From Eledone cirrhosa (Eukaryota), in contig OZ024741.1 of assembly GCA_964016885.1 (NCBI GenBank), positions 145,638,001 to 145,702,000 of the forward strand: a stretch of DNA of 64,000 nucleotides, read 5' to 3'. The position numbers and the translations under genes are program-made. Below the pieces are notes generated by a model. The model was given only the letters and a program-made list of their open reading frames with translations, searched no databases and had not been told where the DNA came from. This document shows, piece by piece, positions 26,340 to 38,840 of the stretch (the first letter of the stretch is position 1; each line of letters starts with the position of its first letter).

Positions 26340-27420
26340 CACGTTTTTCCCTAGCTCATCTCCTTGACTGAGCTGCAGTCCTGGGTAAAGTGAAAATCGA
26401 GAAGAAGCACTTGGAGATTGGAATGTCTTCAGGTGCTCACAGCCCTCAACCAGTCAGGCACTGTGATCAGTGGAAACACCACCTTGTCGTTCTATAGAGG
26501 GTTAGTGGAGAGAAAGAGTAGCGACATCCTTGGGGAGATTCTGGGCATCGAGGAAAATCAACTAGCCAAGCACTCCAAGAGAACTTTTGGACTGGGGCCC
26601 ATGGACAACCTCCAGAAATCTCTGGCTTGGCAGTGCTACCGAGGAGCTTTGCCAGTTCAGGATAAACTCTACAGGCATGGAAGTGCCGTCAGTCGGGCCT
26701 GTTCAAGGTACACGTAGGGTGATGAAACCATCCTGCACGCCATCATCGAGTGTCCTAGTATTGCTGACATGTAGGTTTATATTGAGCACCTGCTATCACA
26801 TGTGGGACAGACCTTACTATCAACTGAGTTCATTGTGAAGATCGCCCCACCATCCTCTATAGAAGGGAAGGTCAGGCAGTTTCTATCTGCCTGGTGGTCA
26901 TGGCAAAAGAAGTCATGTGGTGGACATCTTTGAAAGGGTTGAAGACAGCCATCTTCATCTTCGGTGAAGCCCTGATTAACTTTTTCAGATTTCACTCGAA
27001 GAGAAAAATCAGGGTGGAGAGAGAAGCGCTGCCTTCCAATCAGTTTGTTGAAATGTGGGTTGGAGCGGCAAGCATGGTCCATGTGAATGGGCTTGCCTTG
27101 AGCATATGCCTGTAGATTGGAGTAGAAAGGCTAGGAGAGCGCACTTTGCACTAGCAGACAGGGTGATCGTGGCTTTTTGAGGGCTTTCTCCACGAGTGAC
27201 TCTCGGAAGTCTCCCCCCTATTGGGGAATTTTTCCTTGTTTCATTTTTTTGTTACATCCTTTGTTTTTTTGTTTTTTTTATATATAATAATTTAATTTTT
27301 TTACATGCAGAAATACCCATTTCTACCGTCTTGTACTGTCCTGTGCTATCCTTAATTTATACTTTATGTCAACCCTTGTGGTTAATAAAGAACGCATTAT
27401 TATTATCATTATTATTATTT
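26340..27420 (+). mobile_element. Tx1-clade 3' fragment
   Basis: Homologous to 17360-18350 (LTELQSWVK, SLAWQCYRGALPVQDKLYRHG, KVEREALP). Ends AATAAAGAACGC(ATT)n. Confidence 0.88.
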
Positions 27421-27519
27421 GTGACAATTAATTATGCCCCTTTATATTCTCAGTGTAAATCCTGCCATGGTTAGCTTTGCCTTTCCTCCTAATAGGATCG
27501 AAAAAATAAAGTAATAGTA

Positions 27520-27975
27520 ACCTTTGTTAAGTGATGTTCTAAACTTCTGCATAGGGGCTGGAATGAGGGGACGGCAAAAGGTCACATGGCAAGTTTATCT
27601 TCCCATTCCATAGTGGTAAATGCCTCATTTAGGATGCCACATGTAGCGACACATTCTCCAGTGGCTCCCTGGTGCAGTCTGTGACTAACCCAGGCTCTAC
27701 TGCACTTTAGGCTGAGGGGGTAAACTCCTCAAATATCAGTTACTCTCTGACAGGTTTGCAGTTGAGCCTGTAGCAGTGGAGACTTCTGGTGTCCTTGGAC
27801 CTAAGGCCCTTTCCCTATGCACCATCATCGGCACAGAGTTGGCTACCCGTAGTTGTGAGCTTTCCAAACTGGAATGGCTCTTCCAGCATGTTTCCTTCAC
27901 AATCATCTGGGGAAACGCCTTCTCTATTCTGTCCGCTGAGGCCACAGGGTGGCCAGTGCATGGGCCCCCCATTTG
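27520..27975 (+). mobile_element. CRE-clade RLE retrotransposon 3' fragment (decayed)
   Basis: Manual translation: DGKRSHG...GKCLI*DATCSDT...KLLKYQLL...EPVAVETSGVLGPKA...WLFQHVSFTIIWGNAFSIL. Resembles the GKRPDG / P.AVET.G / QRISxxIQRGNA signature of CRE endonucleases. Confidence 0.7.
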
Positions 27976-27986
27976 TTCCTAATAAT

Positions 27987-28090
27987 TGTTTCTACTTTAG
28001 GCACAAGGCCAGCAATTACCCAGTACATTACTGGTACTTTATTTTATCGACTCCGTAAGGATGAAAGGCAAAGTCAACCTCGGCGGGATT
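27987..28090 (-). mobile_element. 5'-truncated SINE family A with 16-bp TSD
   Basis: TSD ATTTGTTCCTAATAAT at 27971-27986 and 28088-28103. Confidence 0.9.
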
Positions 28091-29276
28091 TGTTCCTAAT
28101 AATGAGAGCTGGGAAGAGCAGATGAAACGGATGCAGTGACAGTGGGTGTTTGGACCTGGTGTATATGTATATAGACACAAATTCACACTGAAGCATTGAC
28201 AAATACACCACCTCTAGCATCACCACCAACACCACCACCATTATCAATAAAAAATAGTTTTGCATTTAGGCACAAACAAAAACTTTTTTGAGGGGAGATG
28301 GAAAAATCAATCGTATCCACCCTTTATTTTGTCAAACACCTTGGAAGAATTTGAAACACAAGGTAAAGAGCCAGAATAAATACTGTAAAGCACTTGGCAG
28401 CTATCTCTGCCAATCCCCTGCCCTAAAAAAAACACCTGTATAATGATGAGAAATTTTTTACATGTGAATGCTTACCAAATTTGAGATTATTTTAAAAGTT
28501 ATTTGAAAATTATAGGCAGTTTTCCATTAGAAATATGCTAATGGAAAGGTTAACTCTTTATTAACTCTATTGACTTTAGGAAAGCTGTAAGAATCATACT
28601 TTTAGAACCAGATATCTGAATAGCAATAATAGTGAAATAAAACAGATATAATCACGCAGAATTAGATCTGGATTGTATACGGCAAAACTTATGATCAACT
28701 TAATGATACTCTAGCTCTTTTCCCACCTAGCTTTTTTCCCCTTGTAACAACTATAGCTCCCTTACACTCTGATAATAACTGTAGCTCTCCCCCCATCCTT
28801 GCTGCAAAAAAAAAAGAGAAAGGAAAAAATCGAGGAAAATTTGACAAACACCCAATTATAAATCCAACTGTCAACTTTCTAGTCCTTCAAATCGCAGAGA
28901 GAAAAAAATATTCCGGTGAAGTTTTAACAGTAATATATTTTATATTTATAAAGAATATGTTTAGTACAGAAATCTCAGAAGAAACAATTCTATTAACTTG
29001 CTATTTGTTAATTATATATTTCTTCAAATATTTTATGAGATGCTTTCAAATATAAATAATATTCTAGCAATGAATGTGACAGTTTAGGAACTTTATTGAA
29101 CAATTTATTCTTTAAAGGGAGTTGATTATAATTTCACTTCAGGCGCATAGAAATACACACATACAAGCACACAAAGATATATACATAGACACACATATAA
29201 ATACATGTATGTAAGTAAACATGTAGGCATGCATGTATGTAATATCTATGAATAAACTACATGGCACATAAAACCA

Positions 29277-29330
<54 letters not shown>

Positions 29331-29711
29331 CACCTATATATAAGGAGGGAAATATAGAGAAAGAGAGAGAGACATATATATACAAACAGATGCACATACA
29401 TATTGAAATTATCTTTCTCTTGAGATTTTTCTTTTGAAAATGACAGCTGAAAAATTTGACAGATTTTCATATATTATGGCTAATACGTTTACATGTATAC
29501 AAAAATATTAGTGAATAGACACTGAGAAAGTTGTCAAAAGAAATAATTTGTTCTATTGCTAAAATATATACCTTGCTATTTAAACATCACACACACATGT
29601 ATATATATATATACACACACACATAACATCAGAAAGTTTTTGAAACTGGTTTTATTCAGTACATGATTATTTATTAATAATGCATTTGCATATATATATA
29701 TATATATATAT

Positions 29712-30058
29712 CATCATCATCATCATCATCACCATTTTTACGTCCGCTTTTCCCTGCTTGCAAGGGTGGGACGGGAACTGATTCTGGCTTGATTTCTAGA
29801 GCTGGATGCCCTTCCTAACACCAACCTCATTTACAGTGAGTGCTGGGTGCTTTTTTGCCGTAGCACCTCCACGACCACTTTGCAGTGGAATGATAGGGAC
29901 CCCAGTCCCTATCATCTCATTTCTACAGCTGAGTAAACTGGAGCAATGTGAAATAAAGTGTCTTGCTCAAGGAAACAACACATCACCCGGTCCGAGAATT
30001 GAACTCACAACCTTTCGATTGCAAGGCCAATGCTCTAACCACTAAGCCATGTGCCTCC
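29712..30058 (-). mobile_element. SINE family B
   Basis: Reverse-complement near-identical to 1693-2029. Confidence 0.92.
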
Positions 30059-30068
30059 ATATGTGCTC

Positions 30069-30113
<45 letters not shown>

Positions 30114-30144
30114 AGATCAAAAGATGGTTAAAGGAGTTCCATAT

Positions 30145-30213
30145 ATTTTATTATGTGCATTTCAAAAACAAACATCATCAAGCAATAATATTTGTGTTTT
30201 CATCAGATAAAAC
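30145..30213 (-). ncRNA. Type I hammerhead ribozyme (family H2)
   Basis: Minus strand: gttttat CTGATGA [aaacacaaatattatt...gatgatgtttgttttt hairpin] GAAA tgcaca TA ataaaat. Confidence 0.8.
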
Positions 30214-30309
30214 AGGAGAACATGATATGAAGGCTAAAAAACACTTGTTGATAGTGCAGTTTTAAATCAACATATGAAAAGTGGTTTTAGATTGATGTGT
30301 GATATTGGG

Positions 30310-30722
30310 AAAAATATTTTATTTAGAGAGGGGGGGGGAAAGGATGAGAAGGGGAGGAGATGAGAGGGAGAGATAGGTGATAGAGAGAAAGAGATAGTTT
30401 TTATAACTGAGAGGAGATATATTTTTTATATAGAGGGGTTGAAAACCGTTGGAAGATACTGTATAAATTAAAAATTTTGAAAATTAACGAAGGGGGGATA
30501 TGTGCGAGGAAAAAATATTTTATTTAGGGAGGGGGGGGGGTGTAAAGGATGAAAAAAAGGGGGAGGAGATGAGAGTGAAGGTGGAGAGGGAGAGATGGGT
30601 GATAGAGAGAAAGAGATAGTTTTTATAACTGAGAAAAAGATATATTGTTTTAATATAGAGAGGTTGGGAACCGTTGGAAGATAATGTATAAATTAAAGGA
30701 ATTTAAAAATTAACGAAGGGAA
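30310..30722. repeat. Tandem duplication, 2 x about 200 bp, in the Penelope 3' UTR
   Basis: Units 30310-30498 and 30510-30722 share GATAGAGAGAAAGAGATAGTTTTTATAACTGAGA and AACCGTTGGAAGATA. Confidence 0.88.
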
Positions 30723-31196
30723 ATTATGTATGAAGATAGAGAGAAAAAAATAATAATTGTGGGTGAATATTCTAACGTCAAAAGAAGAAATGTATGTATT
30801 GTGGCAATTTCAAAATTAGCAAAGAGAGAAATGTTAAGGTTTATGTGTAGAAGGATTTGAGAAAAATAATGTGAAGTTAAAGTTTGTATATTGAATTCAT
30901 ATGTATTAATAATGAGTTCGTTGATGGGGAGAAAAAAAAATAATAATAAATTAAGGATGAAATTGAGATTAAAAAGATTTATGATAGAGAGAAAAAATAA
31001 TAATGATTGCGGATGAATATTCAAAATGTCAAAAACAAATGTTATTGTTTTACGAGAAGATAGAATGAGGGTAATGAGTAAACGAGTATTATAGAGTGTA
31101 TAATGCCCTTTAAAGTAAGGTAGATGGGTATATTTTAAAGAGGTGTATGTATATGTGCCTTTGAGAAAAGATTCTAAATTGATAAAGAATTGAATA

Positions 31197-32655
31197 TTAA
31201 CTGTATACTTTGTGAAAAGTTCTATGGAATTTATGCAGGCAGATAGAAAACAAATCTGAGTGTCTATTTATTATGGATTCTAGGTTAGAGATAATGGTAA
31301 ATTTTTCATTTAGGCAGAGATTACAGATTTTAGATAGAGAGCTGTTCAAGTATGAGGATGCAGAAGAAATCTTTTTCCAAAAGATGCTATATTTAATGTT
31401 TTTGTCTTTTAAGGACCATATGAGTTCTGAGAGAGCAGTGTTAGTTCTTTTAAGTTTGTATTTGAAAGATGAATGATGATTATAGAGACGAGCTTTAAAA
31501 GAGGTGGAAGTGGAGCCAAAATAGGTGAAGGAATTGGTGCTAGTTATAATTTTACATTCATAAATTAAGTTTTTATCGAGGCAATGGTTGTTGAGAGGAC
31601 ATTTATTTTTAATGCGGCAGTTGCAATTAGAGAGATTATTAATGAGTGATCTAGTGTTATCTATAGAAGGAATTGGATTGGAGAAGTTGTTTGCGATAGG
31701 AATAATAGGAATAATAGTTTCTTGATTTAGAGTTGGATTATGAACATTTAGCGAGGTTGTGTTTGACGTTGTATTTGGGTTTACAGAAGTTAGCCTAGGG
31801 TTTACAATGACGTCGGGAGTACTATTACTGTTATTATGAAATTCAATATTGGAAGGAAGAGATTTAGTATTTAATATTTTGTTGTTGTGTTTAGAGATGA
31901 TGTTGGAAATATTGGAGGATGTAGAATACGAAAATTTGATGGTGTGTTTGTTAAATATTTTACTATAGATATGTGAGGGAGGGAAGCATTTATTTAAGGC
32001 ACTAAAAAATAATTTAGGAATATTGTTATTAATAGAGATGGAGAAAGGAGCATTATACCAGATTATGTTTTTGTATCTAGGTCTTTTATTAAAATTATTG
32101 GAATGGTTATGATTAATTATTCTACTGTAAGTTTTCCTAGAATTTGTTTCTTTATTATATTTGATTTTATCTGGATAGCCGGCTTTAGAAAGTGCGTTAT
32201 TATAGTAATTGGCGTTAGCATCAAAGATGTTTTTATTAGAAGATATGTTAGATATTCTATTTCCAATATTATTAACTATAGCATTCTTGATATTGGTAGG
32301 ATGGTTAGATTTAAAGTTAACATAATTAAGATTCTCATTGTTTTTATGGTAAGGGTAATATAGGCCAGTGTCAAGATTAAGAGATACATCCAAGAAATTA
32401 GCTAGTTTGATACTATTATCAAATTCAATTTTTAGGTTATGTTGGTTAAAGAGATTACGTATATTGTTCTTAATAATATTAAGTTTAACTATATTGCAAT
32501 TTAGGATAGTAAAGAGTCCATCGTCACGATAAATTCCACCGCGAAGTTGAGGAATTTTCCGACTCAAAGAGTTCAAAATGAAGATACCAATTAAATCAGT
32601 CAATTGGGATGAATCGGATGCTCCCATTGTGATGTCGAAGTTGTTAGAGGTATGG
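31197..32655 (-). CDS. Penelope-like RT C-terminal half + GIY-YIG endonuclease (open, 5'-truncated)
   Basis: FDITMG, GIYRDDGL, NFLDVSL, SNHP (RT/thumb). CNC....CPL...C linker, LIY...YFGST...R..NH (GIY-YIG), CNLCLNEK. The ORF-track N-terminus is microsatellite read-through. Confidence 0.9.
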
Positions 32656-32732
32656 CTCAGTCCCACAAACTGTAGAGTGCTTCTTATCCGATATCTGCAT
32701 TGCTTTATTGTACTACAATAAAACTCACCTCC

Positions 32733-32843
<111 letters not shown>

Positions 32844-33397
32844 ATGTATATATATAAGCACATATATGTGTGTATGTATATATACACACAAACATATATA
32901 TACTTAGGCAAACACACACATATATGTGTGGGTATGGTTTAGTGGTTAAGTAGTTTGCTTCATAACTACATTGTTTGGGGTTCAGTATATGTCTCTTTGC
33001 ATTTGCTCTTTATGTCACATGGGGAGAGATCAAATGAATAACCATCAAATATGAAAAATTACTACTGGTGTCGATATGGGTGATTAAATCATTTGAATTT
33101 TCTACTTCAGCATAGTTGTGTATATATATATGTATATATAATACAAAACACACTTCTTTGAGTGTTCATTTCTATATATATATTATATATATATATCATT
33201 ATCATTGACATCACTTTGTTTGGTCTTAACAGAGAAACATAAGAGATTCCTTATACATGTTTCATGGTTATTAAGCCATTCATGAATATACAATACCTCT
33301 ATCATTCTGTCCCACAAAGGGCGATATAATCAAATTTTTATATCACCATTCTTATTTGTCATCCCTTTCCCTGATATCATGTATTTATATATATATA

Positions 33398-33555
33398 ATT
33401 ATTTCTATTTTAGGCACAAGGCCAGCAATTAACCAGTACATTACTGGTACTTTATTTTATCGACCCCATAAGGATGAAAAGCAAAGTTAACCTTGGCCGG
33501 ATTTGAACTCAGATCGTAAAGGTATGTAACTATGCTGGAAAGCATGTCCGACCAA
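33398..33555 (-). mobile_element. SINE family A
   Basis: Matches the family A consensus. Confidence 0.88.
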
Positions 33556-33606
33556 TATTGTTATATATGGGGTGGGTCATGTTGTTATAATATTGCCAGA
33601 AATATA

Positions 33607-33886
33607 TAGTAAAACACACTCACTGTTTGGTTTGGATTGGTTTTCACTTCAGTATGTTTCATATTTCTACAATTAATTCAGCTAGCAATTGATTGACCAA
33701 CCGTTATCATTGATTGACCAACCGTTAATAATAAAGATATAAATATAGTCTATCAGAGTTCTTTCATCACACAGATGTGACATCTGCAGTGATATTATTA
33801 CATTTTCTCCCATTGTATTGCTACAGAAATATCAAATATACTGAAATGACAACCTACCCAAACCAAACAGTGAGTGTTTTTTACTA
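33607..33886. mobile_element. MITE with about 60-bp imperfect TIRs, TA-flanked
   Basis: TAGTAAAACACACTCACTGTTTGGTTTGG ... CCAAACCAAACAGTGAGTGTTTTTTACTA. Confidence 0.8.
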
Positions 33887-33904
33887 TATATTCCATATAT
33901 ACAA

Positions 33905-34072
33905 TAATTGTTTCTACTTTTGGCACAAGGCCAGCAATTACCCAGTATATTACTGGTACTTTATTTTATGAACTCCGTAAGGATGAAAGGCAAAGTTAAC
34001 CTCGGCAGGATTTGAACTCAGAATGGCAAGGGCCGTAACTCTATGCGTCAAAGCATGGCGTCCGACCCTCTG
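33905..34072 (-). mobile_element. SINE family A with TSD
   Basis: TSD CCATATATACAATAAT at 33893 and 34073. Confidence 0.9.
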
Positions 34073-34088
34073 CCATATATACAATAAT

Positions 34089-34265
34089 AATTGTTTCTAC
34101 TTTTGGCACAAGGCCAGCAATTACCCAGTACATTACTGGTACTTTATTTTATCGAGCCCATAAGCATGAAAGGCAAAGTTAACTTTGGCGGGATTTGAAC
34201 TCAGATCATAAAGGGCCATAACTCTATGCTGCAAATCATGGTGTCTGATGCTCTAGCGATACAGC
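34089..34265 (-). mobile_element. SINE family A
   Basis: Matches the family A consensus. Confidence 0.9.
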
Positions 34266-34387
34266 CATTTAGTAAATCCTTCCAAATTCTTCATTATTTA
34301 ATATAGTATTTCAATACAGTAATTTTTATTAGAAATATTGTAACAAAAAAGTTAACAACTTGTGTGCAGAGAAGACATTTGTTAATT

Positions 34388-34431
<44 letters not shown>

Positions 34432-34562
34432 CGTATGTTTATATGTTCACGTATTTATATGCAAATGTGGAACAATCTGTATGTATCTATGTACATGTAT
34501 ATATATATATATATATGAAATAAACTGTATGAGAGATAGTTTAATTTGTAGAGTTATATATT

Positions 34563-34756
34563 AATAATTGTTTCTACTTTTTGGCACAAGGCCAGCAATT
34601 ACCCAGTACATAACTTGTACTTTATTTTATCGACCCCGTAAGGATGAAAGGCAAAGTTAACTTCGGCGGGATTTGAACTCAGATTATAAAGGGACGTAAC
34701 TCTATGCACTAAAGCATGGCATCTGACTCTCTACCGATACTGCCAATCCACCGCCC
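34563..34756 (-). mobile_element. SINE family A, full length
   Basis: Matches the consensus including the GGGCGGTGGATTGGCAG head. Confidence 0.92.
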
Positions 34757-35584
34757 ATATATACAATAATAAAGAAGAATAAGGCAGTATGTTGTAATCT
34801 TACATCATTTTATTAATTACATCATTACAGTTACATGTGTTTTAATGGTATAAACTGTGCAATAGATACAACCTCACCAGACAACTATTGTGAAATATTT
34901 ATTTATACTGCAATATATTCCAAGTGAGTATTTTGATGTTGCTCCTTCAGTGCTCAGTTGACATATAGATCTCAGTAAAACTCTCTCTAGCTAGCACTAC
35001 TTAAGGCATGTTCACCCACAACTATTGGTTGAATGTAGTTTATATATGACCAGGTTTCATCACATAAACTGTCCAATTAATGATTAATGGGATATTTGAC
35101 ATTGTATGGGTATTTCAAGTTTATTAGTAATTGTGTCATAGATATGCATCATGGCTTATCGACACCTGGTCTAAGAAACAACCACTAATTCTAGTACCTA
35201 AGCAGATGTAATCACCCTTTGTTGGTGGTGGGTTTATATGTCCATCACACTTTGATTAACCTGATGCCATAAACACACATGTGCTATAAACCCATGCTAG
35301 TGATTGGGGGATGCTATGAGTTGATGCACAATATCAGCATCAACAGCATTAATAATAATAGTAATAACAACAACTACAACAATACCAAGAGGAATGATGC
35401 ATATGTATGAGGAACACGAAAAGAAAAGACATATTTAATCATATTTTAAATTAAGCAACCCCAATTTACCAAATGCCATTTTAGAATGGATATGAATATA
35501 ATTATGATAAGAATAATGAGAATAAAAATAAAAAAAATAAAAAGAATAACTGGTACACATAAGACTGAGTAAATAAAAAAGAAC

Positions 35585-35636
35585 ACATAAATAAAAGATT
35601 AGAATAAATACAATATATATATTTATATATATATAT

Positions 35637-35670
<34 letters not shown>

Positions 35671-35698
35671 TGTATTTATTCTAATCTTTTATTTATGT
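35585..35698. repeat. Inverted repeat around a (TA)n tract
   Basis: ACATAAATAAAAGATTAGAATAAATACAAT ... ATTGTATTTATTCTAATCTTTTATTTATGT. Confidence 0.9.
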
Positions 35699-35809
35699 CA
35701 GAAGATCCCGCAAATATGTTAGTTTCAGAAGATCCCGTTAAGGGTGAAAGCAGCGATTCTTTGCTTAAACTTTAATCTGTTATTTTAGACGGTATATATA
35801 TATATACAT

Positions 35810-36009
35810 ATGGAATGAAACCATCCAACCCATGCTAGCGTGGAAGATGGATGTTAAATGATGGTGATGATACACACACACACAAACAGATTTGCCCATA
35901 AATATACATAAAATATATAAACATACAGATTTATACACACACACACATATATATATATATACACACACATTTATGTGTTTATATATACATATATATATAT
36001 ATACATATA

Positions 36010-36070
<61 letters not shown>

Positions 36071-36175
36071 ACATAAATGTGTGTGTATATATATATATGT
36101 GTGTGTGTGTGTATCATCACCATCATTTAACATCCATCTTCCACGCTAGCATGGGTTGGATGGTTTTGTTCCATT
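35810..36175. repeat. Fold-back duplication of an RTE tail around a microsatellite
   Basis: 35810-35880 is the reverse complement of 36105-36175. Confidence 0.88.
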
Positions 36176-36665
36176 TGATGCAGGAATGGTCGAATGGTCA
36201 GGAGACCATGTCTCGCTCATATGGAAGTGTCTTTGACAGGTTTTTTACAGCCGGATGCCCTTCCTAACACCAACCACATTGACAATGTTGACTGGAACCC
36301 TTTTTACTGTGTCTCCTACACGACCACCTTACAGTGTGGACTGTTGTGTCATCGACACAGTGGACGGAATGGAAGAGGGAGGATGGGGTAGAGTGTGTGA
36401 GGTGGGGTGTACATTGGGTGCCTACTGACTGTAGGTTTGTATGCAATGGCAGTCGAGTCTTCTTTACAACTGCATGGTGCCAAAGATCTGGATCCAGTGT
36501 CATTGTCTTAGAGAGGTGTAAGTGAGCAAGATCAGTTTTTATCACCTTGTCCCAGGTTTTTCTTGATCTACCCACTCCGTAGCTTCCTTCAATTTTCATT
36601 GTTCAGCACTTTTTTATACAGCTGTTGTCCTTCATACACATCACATATCCATATGCAATCTCCTA
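36113..36665 (-). mobile_element. RTE subfamily 1 3' end
   Basis: KIEGSYGVGRSRKTWDKVIKTDL...LWHHAVVKKTRL plus 3' UTR and tail. Confidence 0.88.
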
Positions 36666-36739
36666 AAGAGAGAGAGGGAGGGAGAGAGAGAGAGAGATCG
36701 ATCACCATTCTCATTATCATCTTGATTTAACAACCATTA

Positions 36740-36778
36740 AACCTTTGCTAACGGGGATTATCCCCGTTAGCAAAGGTT
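36740..36778. repeat. Perfect palindrome, 19-bp arms
   Basis: AACCTTTGCTAACGGGGAT-T-ATCCCCGTTAGCAAAGGTT. Confidence 0.95.
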
Positions 36779-36904
36779 GGACAAATCATCATGTCAGGAC
36801 TTAAAGGGGCCTTGATCTACCAAGTGTATTTTATCATGTCACCAGCATTAGGAAAGTTGTCATGTCTTTGAATCCTCCCTATATATATATATATATGTAT
36901 ATTA

Positions 36905-37242
36905 TCATCATCATAATCATTTTACGTCCACTTTTCCCTGCTTGCAAGGGTGGGACGGGAAATGATTCTGGCTTGATTTCTACAGCTGGATGCCCTTCCT
37001 AACACCAACCTCATTTACAGTTAGTGCTGGGTGCTTTTTTTCTATGGCACCTCCACAACCACTTTACAATGGAATGATAGGGACCCCAGTCCCTATCATC
37101 TCATTTCTACAACTGAGTAAACTGGAGCAATGTGAAATAAAGTGTCTTGCTCAAGGAAACAACACATCACTCGGTCTGAGAATTGAACTCACAACCTTTC
37201 GATTGCAAGGCCAATGCTCTAACCACTAAGCCATGTGCCTCC
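36905..37242 (-). mobile_element. SINE family B
   Basis: Near-identical to 29712-30058. Confidence 0.92.
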
Positions 37243-38005
37243 ATATATAGATTGAATCCTTGAGTTTTGATAAGTCTGGTAATACCATATATTAATTCCA
37301 TTCAAACAACTATTCAATCAAAGTTAGAACTCTGGATGGTAGAAAAGTAGTGATTATTCTTTTTACTTCTTGTATGTGAAAACATTACAAGTTATGTCAA
37401 CCAGATGTGGCTTCAGGCTGTTTGATATGAAATGCGTTAAACCAAACCAAAAATAATAACTTATTGAAGAAATAAAAAAATGCAACATTTCAGTAACAAT
37501 AAATAAAGTACCAAGAGTGAGATGTTTGTAGAATTTAAGTATAAAGATTTTGGCAAGTATTGACTGGTTTCTAAGGTAAATTAACCAGCTGCTTATAATT
37601 CTGTTTAGTTGTAATAGTGAAGAAAGCAAGGAAAATTAGATTTGTAATGAACTGGGAAACATATGAAAGTAACTGCCAAAACATGTTTTCAACTTTCCCA
37701 GACAGTTTCAGATAAAATTAAAAGCTTGATAGGTTGATAGAACTAAACAGAATAGATTACAAGAAAATTTGAAAGGAATTTTTAGTTAAAAGACAATAAT
37801 AATAGTGTTTTGCCAAGTAATATTATTCACTGTTGCTGAAATATATTATCTAGTGTATATCTCTATTGAGCTTAATACCTGCAGGTTTTATAGCATTGCA
37901 TAGTGTTTTTGTGAGAGGGGGAAACAGAGTTTCTGTTTTATTAACTATTTTATGGCACTGATTGCTTCTTGTTCTTATTGGACTTCCGTCAGGTCTGACA
38001 ATTAG

Positions 38006-38094
<89 letters not shown>

Positions 38095-38098
<4 letters not shown>

Positions 38099-38840
38099 GG
38101 AAAAAATGAAATTTCATTTCTCACTCTTAGTACGGCTGATACTTAAATATAAGTATGTATACGTACATACATATATGTATACAGACGTACAGTAGTATGT
38201 ATATATATACATACATGCACACATATATATATGTACGTATGGATTTACCAAACATTTATTATAATAAACATTTATTGTTATAAACAAACCAAGCATTATA
38301 ATAAATGTTTGGTAAACCCATACGTGCATATATATATATATGTGTGCATGTATGTATATATATACATACTACTGTACGTCTGTATACATATATGTATGTA
38401 CGTATACATACTTATATTTAAGTATCAGCCGTACTAAGAGTGAGAAATGAAATTTCATTTTTTCCATTTATCGTTTTCGGTACACCCGGCCGACTAACTC
38501 ACTCGATATGCAAATTAGGCTGCTCAGCCGTTAATATGCATAAGGAAAGTATATACTTTCAAACGTTCAAGGGACTGACAGGAAGGTATACAGTGCTGAT
38601 GACAGCTAATAAGCTAGAAACTAGTTCATCGTTCCTTTGTCAGTGTTGAACAAAGTGGCAAGGTTGGTTGCCGAACACTGTATGGCTAATAATTCAGGCT
38701 GTTTGTTTACAAACAAACCGAGCATTATAATAAACGTTCTGTAAACCCATACGTACATATATATATGTGTGCATGTGTGTATGTATATACATACTACTGT
38801 ACGTCTGTATACATATATGTATGTATGTATACATACTTAT
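38095..38840 (+). mobile_element. Hammerhead repeat family H1: inverted 3' part + tandem 3' part + monomer
   Basis: 38095-38470 is a near-perfect palindrome of about 375 bp, joined head-to-tail to a monomer (38470-38840) homologous to the reverse complement of 7264-7692. Confidence 0.8.
38581..38635 (+). ncRNA. Type I hammerhead ribozyme (family H1)
   Basis: acagtg CTGATGA c-agct-aata-agct-a GAAA ctag TT catcgt, with distal ggaa/ttcc pairing. Confidence 0.72.

Noticed and set aside
31197-32655. Selenocysteine-encoding Naiad
   Set aside because: No in-frame TGA in the surviving frame; the Cys motifs are ordinary Cys codons.
33398-34770. CRISPR-like repeat array
   Set aside because: Repeats are 170-190-bp SINE copies and TSDs in eukaryotic DNA, with no cas genes.
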